Source: an uncultured Chloroflexia bacterium (GTDB taxonomy: Bacteria > Chloroflexota > Limnocylindria > QHBO01). Taken from it: a stretch of DNA of 64,000 nt. The translations under genes and the position numbers were made by a program. The stretch spans positions 450,885 to 514,884 of the forward strand of contig CAWDTM010000008.1 in the NCBI GenBank assembly GCA_963805305.1. Reading direction: 5' to 3'. Positions 25,938-34,944 of the stretch are shown in pieces; the first letter of the stretch is position 1; each line of letters begins with the position of its first letter. The notes under the pieces were generated by a model. The model was not told the DNA's origin. It searched no databases and was given only the letters and a program-made list of their open reading frames with translations.

Positions 25938-26782
25938 GACTTCCCGCCGACGCTCGCTCCCGCGGGCTCAGCCTGACCGCAGACCGGTCTCGCCCGCTTC
26001 GTGTCGCCCTCTACGCCCGAGTCAGCACCCGGGATAAGGATCAGGACCCCGAGCTCCAGCTGACCGCGATGCGTGAGTACGTGCAGGCTCGCGGCTGGGA
26101 CGCGACCGAGTACGTCGATACGGCGGCCGCCGGAGATCTCGCCCATCGCACGGCCTGGACGCGGCTGCTCGATGATGCCCGCCGCCGGCGGATCGACCGG
26201 GTCCTGGTTTGGAAGCTGGACCGCGCCTTCCGCTCGACACTCCACGCCTTAGCCACCCTGCGGGACCTCGACTACGTCGGGGTCGGCTTCTCGGCACTGA
26301 CCCAGCCCGAGCTCGATACCACCAGCGCCACCGGCCGGCTGGTGTTCACCATCCTGGCCGCGGTGGCCGAGATGGAGCGCGAGCTCATCGCGGACCGGGT
26401 CCGGGAAGGGATGCGCCAGGCGGCGCGCCGCGGATCCCGCATCGGTCGACCGCCGGTGACCGCGCGTCCTGGCTTCTCCGCCCGCTGGCAGCTCGTACGC
26501 CGTGAGATGGCCGAAGCCGGCCTTTCTCGGCGCCAAGCGGCCCGCAGACTGCGGATCGGAACGGCCACGCTGAACCGCCTTCTTGCCGCTAATCCCGTCG
26601 CCGACTTCGCGGAGAGCACGCAGTCGTCGGCCACGACATCTACGGACGGCTCCGGCTCGCTCCGGCGCGATGAGGTCAGCCGGTACCGCGGACGCGTCGC
26701 CCCAGTCGAGCGGACCGAAGAGGTGGGTTCCGGCCGGATTCGGTCAGTTTCTGGCGAAGGAGTCACCGTCAATGGCAGATGA
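25934..26782 (+). CDS. Small serine recombinase (resolvase/invertase type)
   Basis: It has VALYARVSTRDKDQD (catalytic Ser), VLVWKLDRAFRS, GRLVFTILAAVAEMERELIADRV and a C-terminal HTH (QAARRLRIGTATLNRLL). The ATG at 25934 overlaps the upstream stop (ATGA); a GTG at 25925 is also possible. Confidence 0.85.
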   Translation: MRLPADARSRGLSLTADRSRPLRVALYARVSTRDKDQDPELQLTAMREYVQARGWDATEYVDTAAAGDLAHRTAWTRLLDDARRRRIDRVLVWKLDRAFRSTLHALATLRDLDYVGVGFSALTQPELDTTSATGRLVFTILAAVAEMERELIADRVREGMRQAARRGSRIGRPPVTARPGFSARWQLVRREMAEAGLSRRQAARRLRIGTATLNRLLAANPVADFAESTQSSATTSTDGSGSLRRDEVSRYRGRVAPVERTEEVGSGRIRSVSGEGVTVNGR

Positions 26783-26984
26783 CCTCATGCCGCGAGAGGC
26801 GATTCTGGCGGTCCTGTCGGTGGGCCCGGCGAGCACCTCCGAAATCGCGGAGGAGCTTGGGATGCCTGAGCGCAGTATTCGGCGGAACCTCCGCCGTCTG
26901 GCGCGCGAGGGGTACGTCTTCTCCCCAGTGCGCGGATGGCACCGACTTACGGCGCTGGGTCGGATCGCCATAGAACCGCGCTGA
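26772..26984 (+). CDS. Small winged-helix (MarR/ArsR-like) DNA-binding protein, 70 aa
   Basis: REAILAVLSVGPASTSEIAEELGMPERSIRRNLRRLAREGYVFSPVRGWHRLTALG fits a wHTH. I used the internal ATG of track ORF 26583-26984; it overlaps the recombinase 3' end by 11 nt. Confidence 0.55.
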   Translation: MADDLMPREAILAVLSVGPASTSEIAEELGMPERSIRRNLRRLAREGYVFSPVRGWHRLTALGRIAIEPR

Positions 26985-27035
26985 TACCGTTGGCCAAACG
27001 ATGACGGGGGCGGACCGGGGCTGAGGGATCATGAC

Positions 27036-28142
27036 GTGACGGACGAGTACTTCCTGGAGCCGGCGGCGGCAGATCTAGCGCTGCCCAGGTGGGACGAGAA
27101 CCCGGTCGACTACTACCGACGCTCTGGTGCACCGGAGGCCCGGGCGGTCCGCGAGTTCTTGAACCGGACTCTCGCCCTCTTCCCCGAGAAGCATGCGCGG
27201 AGCCTTGTGGGCAAACTCCGCCAGGATTGGCAGTCCTTCTTCTTCGAGATCATCGTTGGGCGGTATCTCCAGGTTCTCGGGGCTGAGATCGAGCCGAGTG
27301 CGAAATACGCCGACGAGACAGACGTGGACTATCGGGCCACATTCCCAGACGGCGTCGTGTCGGTGGAATGTGTGTCCAAGAAGTACAACCGGGCCGCGCA
27401 CGACCAACGGCGCCGAAACGCGAACATGGTCCAGATGCTCGATGCGGTTGGGCCCCACGCGTGGGCCATCGTCTTCCGCCACCTGCCGGACGCACGCAGT
27501 CCTGAGGAGTTCCAGCCGTATGTGGATCAAGCGGCGGCGTTCTATTCGAGTCTACCGACCACTGCGGAAGAAGGCCTGCGCATCCCTTTCCGGTGGGAGG
27601 GTGACCGTGGTGAGATGCGGCTCGAGGCCCTCCCGTTCCCACAGGGAACCCGTCCCAATCATTTCGGGCCAGCGATTGCCTGGTATGACGACTCGATCGG
27701 CCGTATCAAGGCTGCTCTGATCGATAGCCATAAGCGGCGGCAGGCACGCGCGGCCTTTCCGCCCGTATTCCTAGCTGTCGACTCGCCGTTCATGGGGCCG
27801 GACGCCAGCGATTTCGACCAGGCTCTGTTTGGACAGACCGTCGATCACCGTGGTTTTGACATCGCTGAGAGCGTGGGCACGTCATTCAATCCGAACGGGC
27901 TGCTGGTAACGGACAAGGCCATTCCGTTCGCGGGGGTCATCGCGTTCCTTGGCATGGGAATGACGGGAGCTCGCGATCCGATCATCTACCTCAACCCGTA
28001 CCAACGTTGGAGCCTGCCGGCTGCGCTGGCTGCGCACGAGCGCAGGGTGTGGATCTCTGGCATCGAACGCAGACCAGCAGCGAGACCGCCCGTCATCGAG
28101 CAGGTCGGCTTCATCCAGTACCCCGCGGATGACGATCCCTAG
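27036..28142 (+). CDS. Hypothetical soluble protein (368 aa), family unknown
   Basis: The GTG start lies 7 nt after GAGGGA. The frame has coherent codon usage at lower GC than the core genome. I recognise no family. FFFEIIVGRY...DVDYRATFPDGVVSVECVSKKY is loosely like a PD-(D/E)xK nuclease core. Confidence 0.6.
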   Translation: MTDEYFLEPAAADLALPRWDENPVDYYRRSGAPEARAVREFLNRTLALFPEKHARSLVGKLRQDWQSFFFEIIVGRYLQVLGAEIEPSAKYADETDVDYRATFPDGVVSVECVSKKYNRAAHDQRRRNANMVQMLDAVGPHAWAIVFRHLPDARSPEEFQPYVDQAAAFYSSLPTTAEEGLRIPFRWEGDRGEMRLEALPFPQGTRPNHFGPAIAWYDDSIGRIKAALIDSHKRRQARAAFPPVFLAVDSPFMGPDASDFDQALFGQTVDHRGFDIAESVGTSFNPNGLLVTDKAIPFAGVIAFLGMGMTGARDPIIYLNPYQRWSLPAALAAHERRVWISGIERRPAARPPVIEQVGFIQYPADDDP

Positions 28143-28267
28143 TCCCCACCAGTCATGAGGACTGCCCCGAAAGGGGAGGCTCCGTGCGGTCGGTTGCAGG
28201 TGCTCACGGCCGCCTCGAGAGGGGAGCGCCCCCAAAGGAGGTCTATCCGGGCCGGTGAGGTGGGCCA

Positions 28268-28295
28268 TTGACCGGCCATAGCCAGCTGGTACGCT
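28268..28295 (+). promoter_or_regulatory. Sigma70-like promoter TTGACC-16 nt-TACGCT upstream of the 28337 gene
   Basis: I read the hexamers and the 16-nt spacer directly from the sequence. GGGGGAGAAG precedes the ATG at 28337. Confidence 0.35.
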
Positions 28296-28336
28296 CGCGA
28301 TGACCGTTTCGCGGCCCGCCCGGGGGAGAAGAGTCC

Positions 28337-29500
28337 ATGAGTTGGTGGCTGAGCATCGCGTTCGACGGGGTGTATGCCGGGGCCGTGGCCTGGGTGGGCC
28401 TCGCCTGCGTCCTGCCCGAGCTGCGGATTCGTGGCGCACGCCGGGCGCTGCTTGCCGTCCTCGCGGCGGGCATCGCCGCACCGCCCGTGGTGGCGGCGCT
28501 CTCCGCCGTGGTCGATGTCCGCATCGCGATCGCCGTGTCGGGCCTGCCGGTGCTCGCTGCCTGGATCGTGCCGCAATGGCTCGTGCGTGTTTCAGGTGGG
28601 CCCCGACCCTCCCGCAGCGATCTAGCCGAGGTCATGAATGGCGTGCAGCTGGCCAACCAGCATTTCGAGGTCGGCGACATCGATACCTGGCGCCAGGAAC
28701 TCGCTAAGCTCGACGCGCTCCGCACGCCGGCAACCGAGCGCTACATCGACCTCTGGCAGCGCTATGCCGCGGAGGAGGCCGAACGCCGAGCTGGCTCGCG
28801 ACAGTCAAGCAGGGAGACTTTGGAAGCCATCCGAAGCACGGCGGGCGAGATGGCAACCAGGGCTTTCGCTCTCCGCCCGAGACTGCTCGGCTTCCTCGTC
28901 GTGGTGGCAGTCGTGGTGGCCACCCTGCCCCAGGTTGCCGTCGCTACGCTCCTGCCTCAGGCGTCGGCCGACGCATGTATCCGGGCCACCGCCCTGTTGG
29001 GTTCAACGCCGGCCATTGGCGACCAGCCCTCGGATCCACAGACACTCGCGAGCCTGCTGCTGACAGATCCAGGAAGCGCAGCCAGCCTGGTCGATCAAGG
29101 CATTCTCGATCTCGATACGCTGGCGGCCAGCCGCCACGACCCGAACTCCCGCCAGGAACTGATCGACGACCACTACCTCACCGGCTATGCACGCACCTGG
29201 GAGACGCCCGACGGTCGAGCGATCGATGTTGAAGTCCAGCAGTTCGCCACCGCCTCTGGAGAAGCGGCCTTCGACCGATCCATGGTTAGCCATGCGTGCG
29301 CCTACTCGAACACGGCCTTCGAGGTGCCCAGCGGCGGGGTTGGCTTGCAGATCCGGTATGGCACGGGCGATCCCATCCACGAGCAGATCTCCTGGGTGGT
29401 GGGTGCGCGTCGCCTGCTCGTGAGCCGTACCTTCCTGGTCACGCCCGCCACACATAGCGTCATCCTGGATCTAGCGGCTCGAACGCGCGCGCTCTCTTAG
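28337..29500 (+). CDS. Hypothetical multi-pass membrane protein with a C-terminal extracytoplasmic domain (387 aa)
   Basis: It has several N-terminal hydrophobic helices (e.g. AGAVAWVGLACVL, LLAVLAAGIAAPPVVAAL, IAIAVSGLPVLAAWIV), a charged linker, another TM (LLGFLVVVAVVVATL) and then an approximately 190-aa domain. I recognise no family. Confidence 0.6.
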   Translation: MSWWLSIAFDGVYAGAVAWVGLACVLPELRIRGARRALLAVLAAGIAAPPVVAALSAVVDVRIAIAVSGLPVLAAWIVPQWLVRVSGGPRPSRSDLAEVMNGVQLANQHFEVGDIDTWRQELAKLDALRTPATERYIDLWQRYAAEEAERRAGSRQSSRETLEAIRSTAGEMATRAFALRPRLLGFLVVVAVVVATLPQVAVATLLPQASADACIRATALLGSTPAIGDQPSDPQTLASLLLTDPGSAASLVDQGILDLDTLAASRHDPNSRQELIDDHYLTGYARTWETPDGRAIDVEVQQFATASGEAAFDRSMVSHACAYSNTAFEVPSGGVGLQIRYGTGDPIHEQISWVVGARRLLVSRTFLVTPATHSVILDLAARTRALS

Positions 29501-29640
29501 CGGCGGACGCGGTGGCTTGGCGCTCCGAGAACTGAAATGGGGTCCTTTTGCCCTGGGCGACTCCGACTCCAGACGGGCGTCCCCGTGCGACCGGAACCAT
29601 GCCCGGACCTGCTAGGTCTGCCTGCGGCGCGCGGCTGTCC

Positions 29641-32070
29641 TCACGGGAGCCCCTGCCATGTGTGCCCTCCATCGCCGGACACGAACAGCAGCGCCGAACC
29701 CGGGTAGGAGTTGCCAGCTGGAACGAGGGTGGCTAGGTCCCCTCCCTGTAGGGTTGCAATCCAGATCATCCACCCGCCGTTGGCAAGTCCGTTCGTGGCA
29801 ACCTGCTGCCAGGAGGCACCGGCATCAGCAGTCGATAGCAGGGCGAAGGGGTTGTCGACCGGGAGCAGCCAGTGGGCGGCATCGATGGCCGCGAGCCCAG
29901 CGCTCGCCTCGACCGGCCGGTCCGAAGCGAGCGTCCAGGTGGCCCCGCTGTCCGTGGTTTGGAAGATCCTCGTGTGTGAGCCATCGGGCTCGGCGATCGT
30001 GACCGCCACCACGCCCGACTGTGGGCTGAGGAAAACCGGCGGTCCGGCCAGGTAGACCATCGGACCACCTTCCTGGTGCGGTGCAATGCCAGGGAGCGCG
30101 ACCTCGGCCCAGGTCTGACCGCGATCGCGGCTCACTTCGAGCACGGGGTGGACGACCGGGCCGGCCTCCTCCTCCGCACCCGACCACAGGGTCGAGGCAT
30201 CGCTGACGGTGAACTCCGAGCCAAGGTTCGGCACCGACCCGACCTGCGTCCAGGTCCGTCCGCCATCTGAGGTGCTGAGGACCCTGCTGATCCCGTCGCT
30301 GAAGCGCTGCTCGGCGGCGAGCAGGTACCCGTGCTGGGCATCGACGAACGAGAGCACCGGCGCGTGCGAGGCAAAGTTGCCGGGCACCGTCGTCGATCGC
30401 CACGACGCGCCGCCATCGGCAGTCTGCCAGACGACGTAGCGGAGTACGTCTGTGGGCGAACCGGTGACGTCCGTGCTGCCCGCTCCGATACTCACCAGCC
30501 AGGCACGGGAGGCGTCGAAAGCTGTTGCGGCCATCACCTTGGTCGCCTCAACCGGCAAGGGATGCTCCTGCCAGGACGCGATCGCATCCGCGGCGACCCG
30601 CCAGCTCGAGCCGCGGATGGCCCACACGCTGCCATCGGCTCGGCCGGCTCCTGCGAGGTACAGCGCGTCACCCATGGCGGGACTGGCGGTTGGGGCGGGT
30701 GTGGGCGCTGGTGTCGCGGCTGGCGTCAGCCCAAAGGAGCCGAGCCAGATGGTGGTGGTGAATCGGGTGGAAGGGGTGGTTGTGGTCGTCACCAGCACGA
30801 CACCCTCCGGACCGAGGGCGGCGACGGCCCCCGCCCTGTTCAGCGGCGGCAGCCCACCGGTCTGGGGCACCTGCTGCCAATGCTGCGCATCACTCGACAG
30901 CCAAGCGCCATGCGTCGCGCTGCTGGACTGCGTACCGAGGGCCAGGATGCGTGACCCATCCGACACAAGCACAGGACCGTTGTCGCCCCATCCGAACGGG
31001 ATCACGCCGCCCTCCCCACGCCATGCGGATCCGTCAGCGGTCACGGAAACAACGGCGCCGAGGCGTTGCAGCGAGACGCTGAGCGCGCCCGCCGCACTGC
31101 TCAGGAGGGTCGCCCCGACCGACTGTGCCCCGGCGGCTGCATGCCACGTCCGCCCATCGGTTGAATACCAGGCGGCCGGGCCTGCGACCGATCCATCCGG
31201 CGCCTGCCGGTAGCCAACAGTGACATAGGTGCCCCCGGTGACGACCACATTCGTCGGCACCACCCCTGGGAACGCTGCGGAGAACTGCGACGCCGCTTCC
31301 CAGCTCCTGCCGTCGGGTGAGGTCCAGATCGTTCCCTTCCCTGCACCGTTGGCGGGAGCCTGTGCTCCGACCGCCACAATGCCCGCCGGACCGGAAACTA
31401 CGTCGCTGAACGCCACGCGCCCAAAGGCGGCGAGGTCCGCATCGGGCAGGCGATCCCACGTTCTCCCGTCGGGTGAGGTCCACATCCGCAGAGCCATGGC
31501 TGGATTGCAGCCGAACACGCCGCCGGCGCACTCGCTGTCGAGGCGGTTCGAGCTCCCCACGATCAACAGCCCGTCAGGGATGCGCACGATCTGCTGCAAC
31601 AGGCTATCGGCGAACACCGGATCCGCATCATGGCGCTGCCAGGTCCGCCCGTCCGACGAGTACCACCAGGCCGCGTGGTCGGCATTCTGTGCATTGCCGA
31701 CCAAGACGTACCCGCCGTCGTAGGCGATTGCGCTCATCACGGTATCGCCATCGGCGAGGGCGTCGCCGCCGGTACTCGCGACGCTGCCCCAGGCGATGCC
31801 GGCGATGGCGGCTGCGGACGCCGATGGCGATGGCGATGGCGACGTGGCCTGAGGGCCCGGGTTGCGCGGAACAAGCGCGAATAGCAGCGCGGCTGCCACC
31901 ACGAGCACCGGCAGCGATGCGAGCCACACCAGGCGGAACCCGCGCCTTGGACGGCGCGCCTCGGCGTCGGCTGGCAGTCGCTCCAGGAAGGCGCGCAGGG
32001 TCTCTGGCGCTTCCGGCAGACGTTCGCCGCGCAGCGCGTCCTGGAGGCGTCGCTGGAGGTCGTCGCTCAT
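29641..32070 (-). CDS. Membrane-anchored protein with two BNR/Asp-box beta-propeller domains (putative anti-sigma/sensor partner of the upstream ECF sigma)
   Basis: It has a short cytoplasmic N-terminus, one TM (LVWLASLPVLVVAAALLFALV) and at least ten S/T-x-D-x-G-x-T/S-W boxes (SSDGRTW, SPDGRTW, SPDGRSW, STDGRTW, TADGGASW, TSDGGRTW, SRDRGQTW, TTDSGATW, TADAGASW, SGDGGHTW). These fall into two blocks separated by a TPAPTPAPT linker. Its start overlaps the sigma gene stop (ATGA). Confidence 0.85.
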   Translation of the reverse strand: MSDDLQRRLQDALRGERLPEAPETLRAFLERLPADAEARRPRRGFRLVWLASLPVLVVAAALLFALVPRNPGPQATSPSPSPSASAAAIAGIAWGSVASTGGDALADGDTVMSAIAYDGGYVLVGNAQNADHAAWWYSSDGRTWQRHDADPVFADSLLQQIVRIPDGLLIVGSSNRLDSECAGGVFGCNPAMALRMWTSPDGRTWDRLPDADLAAFGRVAFSDVVSGPAGIVAVGAQAPANGAGKGTIWTSPDGRSWEAASQFSAAFPGVVPTNVVVTGGTYVTVGYRQAPDGSVAGPAAWYSTDGRTWHAAAGAQSVGATLLSSAAGALSVSLQRLGAVVSVTADGSAWRGEGGVIPFGWGDNGPVLVSDGSRILALGTQSSSATHGAWLSSDAQHWQQVPQTGGLPPLNRAGAVAALGPEGVVLVTTTTTPSTRFTTTIWLGSFGLTPAATPAPTPAPTASPAMGDALYLAGAGRADGSVWAIRGSSWRVAADAIASWQEHPLPVEATKVMAATAFDASRAWLVSIGAGSTDVTGSPTDVLRYVVWQTADGGASWRSTTVPGNFASHAPVLSFVDAQHGYLLAAEQRFSDGISRVLSTSDGGRTWTQVGSVPNLGSEFTVSDASTLWSGAEEEAGPVVHPVLEVSRDRGQTWAEVALPGIAPHQEGGPMVYLAGPPVFLSPQSGVVAVTIAEPDGSHTRIFQTTDSGATWTLASDRPVEASAGLAAIDAAHWLLPVDNPFALLSTADAGASWQQVATNGLANGGWMIWIATLQGGDLATLVPAGNSYPGSALLFVSGDGGHTWQGLP

Positions 32071-32684
32071 GACACGGTGTCCGCTGCCGCCGACTCGCCC
32101 AGCTCGACCTCCAGCCGCCGGAGGGCGTGGTGCAGGCGCGACTTCACGGTGCCCACCGGCCAGCCGGTGCGTTCCGCGACAGCATCCAGGGTCAGATCGG
32201 CCCAGTAATGAAGGATGACAACGATGCGCTGGTCGCGATCGAGGATCGCGAGGGCTCGGGTCGCCTCGTCGCGGTCGAGGAAGAGGTCGAACGGGTCACG
32301 GATCGCAGCATCCCGGGCGACCTCCAGCTCCACGAACCGCACTCTGCGGCGACGGCGGAGACGATCCCGGCAACCGTTGACCAGGATGCGGTCGAACCAC
32401 GCGGCAAAGCCGGCAAGGTCCCGGAGCGTTGCGCGTCGGTGCCAGGCTCGCACGAGAGCGTCCTGGACGGCATCCTCCGCCTCCGTTCGGTCGGCGAGCA
32501 GCAGCCCAGCCAATCGATAAGCGCGGTCCAACCCATGGCGGGCAAGCCGCAGGAAGCGCTCGGTGACCTCGTCCTCGGTCCTCGTTGTGAGCGCTCCCTC
32601 CGTGAACCAGCGACTGGCAATCGTTGCGTACATCCCGATTGTTCCAGACGAGCGAAGGGCCGGAACTGTTCTCGGCGCAGCCAC
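32067..32684 (-). CDS. ECF-type RNA polymerase sigma-70 family factor
   Basis: Region 2 is EDAVQDALVRAWHRR...FAAWFDRILVNGCRDRLRRR and region 4 is LDRDQRIVVILHYWADLTLDAVAERTGWPVGTVKSRLHHALRRL. The start could instead be the ATG at 32633. Confidence 0.85.
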   Translation of the reverse strand: MAAPRTVPALRSSGTIGMYATIASRWFTEGALTTRTEDEVTERFLRLARHGLDRAYRLAGLLLADRTEAEDAVQDALVRAWHRRATLRDLAGFAAWFDRILVNGCRDRLRRRRRVRFVELEVARDAAIRDPFDLFLDRDEATRALAILDRDQRIVVILHYWADLTLDAVAERTGWPVGTVKSRLHHALRRLEVELGESAAADTVS

Positions 32685-32788
32685 TCCAGGAGCGATTCCC
32701 GAAAGGACCTCTTTTTGGGCCGAGCTCCGAGCAACGCTTCTTGAGCGCCGATCGGGCCTGCGGAGCGGCCGCCTTTTCGGACCGAGTC

Positions 32789-34195
32789 TCAGTTGCTCGG
32801 TAACGTCATCACAGGCAGTGGCAGCTCCACGTTCCCGCCGAGCATCGCCGCGCTGAAGTCCGGGGGTGGCGTAGGCGCTCCGCCGATGCCCCGGTACATC
32901 AAGAACCAGCCGGCGGGTAGCTCAGCGCCAGCAAACTGCTGCTCGGCTAGCCCGACATCGGTGTAGGCCGGCTTGAAGGTGGCGGAGAACTCCGAAGTGC
33001 GGCTGCGATCTGTCAGGTCAATGGCCGTTACGGTCCAGGTACCGGCTTCGTATACAACCCCCTCACCAAGGACGAGCGGTCCATGCGGGCCGGAGATCAA
33101 CTGCTTAGGCGCGAATGGAGCATCCTGGCCGCCGAGCGGCCAATGGTCGCCGGTGCGCAGGTCCACCACGAACCCGTCGCACTCGGCTTCGCCGCAGGTG
33201 TTGCCGCCGATGAGCAGGTCCCCGGTAATGCCGGTGAGGGATCCGTCGAAGAAGAAGTCTGTGAGATGGAGCGGCGGCGCGGCGCCATCGGGTCGCACCG
33301 CGTACAGCTCGCAACTGGTGGTTGGGCAGCTGAGCAGAACGACCCAGCCGCCATCGGCGGAGACGACCAAGTGTGGAAGATACCTGCTGCTGGCCGTGAC
33401 CGAGCCGAGGCGATCCGGGTTGATGAGCAGCCGCGGCTCGCCGCCATCGGTCGCAATCGAGAAGACGCCGGAAGGCTGCCCCGTCTGGCGGTCGGCCTCG
33501 AGGAAATAGGCGGTCTGCCCCGATGGGTCGAGGGCAAGCTGAGCGATGAGGTCGGTGGTCTGCATTGGCTGGCGCTCTGTGCCCGTCAAGGCATTCACGG
33601 CGTGGAGGGTCGCCCACTGACCGTCGTCGGTAACGTAGACCACCAGACCACCGGCTGGGCCCGCCGGCTGCGGGGTCATGGGCATGCCGAGTGGGCCGAG
33701 GGTGGTGCGGGGCAGGCTGATCGACCGCGTCACCGTCCCGTCGAGCGTGCCAAGCCGCAGCGTGCTGTCGGTCATCGTGATTGGCGTCCAGAGCGTCCAG
33801 AACGCCTCGTGCGCCAGGTCAGGGGTAGTGGGTACGGTCGCGGCCGACCGCGCCACCGTGGGCCAGGTCGGTGGGGCCGTCGATTCCGGCGTTGCCGCCG
33901 GGCTGCCCGCGCCCGACGGCGCAGATGAGCCGCTCGGCGCCGGTCCGACAGGGGTGGGCTTCGGCGGGAAAACGCCCGCGAGGACCGCGACGGCCACAAG
34001 CAAGACGACCACCGAGGCGGCAGCGACGGTCGGGAGCATCCAGGTTGGCTGCAGCCGAGCGACCCATGTCCGACGCTGGGGGGTGTGGCGCACTTTGGCC
34101 ATGCCGCGCGCCAGGAGACCAGCGGGCGCCTCGCGAACGGCCCGTGCCTGAAGACGCTCGCGCACCTCGGCCTCGAACCGATCCTGAGCAGTCAT
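32789..34195 (-). CDS. Membrane-anchored protein with a TolB/PD40-like beta-propeller ectodomain (putative anti-sigma partner)
   Basis: It has an approximately 50-aa cytoplasmic N-terminus, a TM (MLPTVAAASVVVLLVAVAVLAGVF) and a Pro/Ser linker. Repeated strands follow: LALDPSGQTAYFL, FSIATDGGEPRLL, LVVSADGGWVVLL, LYAVRPDGAAP. Its start overlaps the sigma gene stop. Confidence 0.75.
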   Translation of the reverse strand: MTAQDRFEAEVRERLQARAVREAPAGLLARGMAKVRHTPQRRTWVARLQPTWMLPTVAAASVVVLLVAVAVLAGVFPPKPTPVGPAPSGSSAPSGAGSPAATPESTAPPTWPTVARSAATVPTTPDLAHEAFWTLWTPITMTDSTLRLGTLDGTVTRSISLPRTTLGPLGMPMTPQPAGPAGGLVVYVTDDGQWATLHAVNALTGTERQPMQTTDLIAQLALDPSGQTAYFLEADRQTGQPSGVFSIATDGGEPRLLINPDRLGSVTASSRYLPHLVVSADGGWVVLLSCPTTSCELYAVRPDGAAPPLHLTDFFFDGSLTGITGDLLIGGNTCGEAECDGFVVDLRTGDHWPLGGQDAPFAPKQLISGPHGPLVLGEGVVYEAGTWTVTAIDLTDRSRTSEFSATFKPAYTDVGLAEQQFAGAELPAGWFLMYRGIGGAPTPPPDFSAAMLGGNVELPLPVMTLPSN

Positions 34196-34737
34196 GCCGC
34201 ACCTCCCTGGCGAGCGAAGTCGCCCTCGGCATCGAGAGCATTGCGCAGGGCGGCTTCCGCGCGGGACAGACGTGACTTGGCGGTGCCGAGGCGGATGCCC
34301 AGCGCGTTAGCGACCTCCGGCACCGAGTGGCCGAGGTAGTGGCGGAGGACGATCACCGCGCGATGGTCAGGACTGAGCCGGTCGAACGCGCGATCGACGG
34401 CGTCGAGCTCGGCGACTGCCGCGGCCGGATCACCACTCACGGCGGCATCCGGATCCAGCTCGAGCTCGGCGCGGGCGTGTCGGCTCCGACGGGCCAGGTC
34501 CAGGCAGGCGTGGACCAGCACTCGGTGCAGCCAGCCGGCGAAGCGGTCCGGGTCGCGCAGCGTTGGCAGGTCCCGCCAGGCGCGCAACATCGTCTCCTGC
34601 ACCGCGTCCTCCGCCAGCACGGGGTCATGAAGGATCAGGCGGGCGGCCGCGTACAGACGATCGAGCCGGGCGGCGATCAGGTCCTCAAAGGCCAGCTCGT
34701 CGCCGCTTCGCGCTCGGAGGACCAATTCCCGCTCCAC
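34192..34737 (-). CDS. ECF-type RNA polymerase sigma-70 family factor
   Basis: It has LVLRARSGDELAFEDLI, region 2 (AEDAVQETMLRAWRDLPTLRDPDRFAGWLHRVLVHACLDLARR) and region 4 (LSPDHRAVIVLRHYLGHSVPEVANALGIRLGTAKSRLSRA). Confidence 0.9.
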   Translation of the reverse strand: MERELVLRARSGDELAFEDLIAARLDRLYAAARLILHDPVLAEDAVQETMLRAWRDLPTLRDPDRFAGWLHRVLVHACLDLARRSRHARAELELDPDAAVSGDPAAAVAELDAVDRAFDRLSPDHRAVIVLRHYLGHSVPEVANALGIRLGTAKSRLSRAEAALRNALDAEGDFARQGGAA

Positions 34738-34931
34738 GTCGGTTCCCCCGCCTACTCTCTACTCAGTCAGGCGCACCGAACCGTCGATTCGTTCCCGCGC
34801 CGGTGCCCTACTGTGCGCGGCAGGCTATCGCCCCCGAAGTGCCGTGGAGCCTTCGCAATGCGGGCCAACTGGCATTGTGCCGAGGGGCTGGCCGCAATCG
34901 CAGTCCGGCCGAATCAGTGGCGGCATCAACG

Positions 34932-34944
34932 CCGGCAGCAACAG
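34932..34944 (+). repeat. Third copy of the CCGGCAGCAACAG motif, about 90 nt inside attR
   Basis: It is an exact 13-mer match to 22067-22079. Confidence 0.5.

Noticed and set aside
31823-31840. A tandem GATGGC x3 hexamer repeat.
   Set aside because: It lies inside the BNR-propeller gene and encodes the SPSPSPS part of the post-TM linker. It is coding low-complexity sequence, not a regulatory or CRISPR-like repeat.
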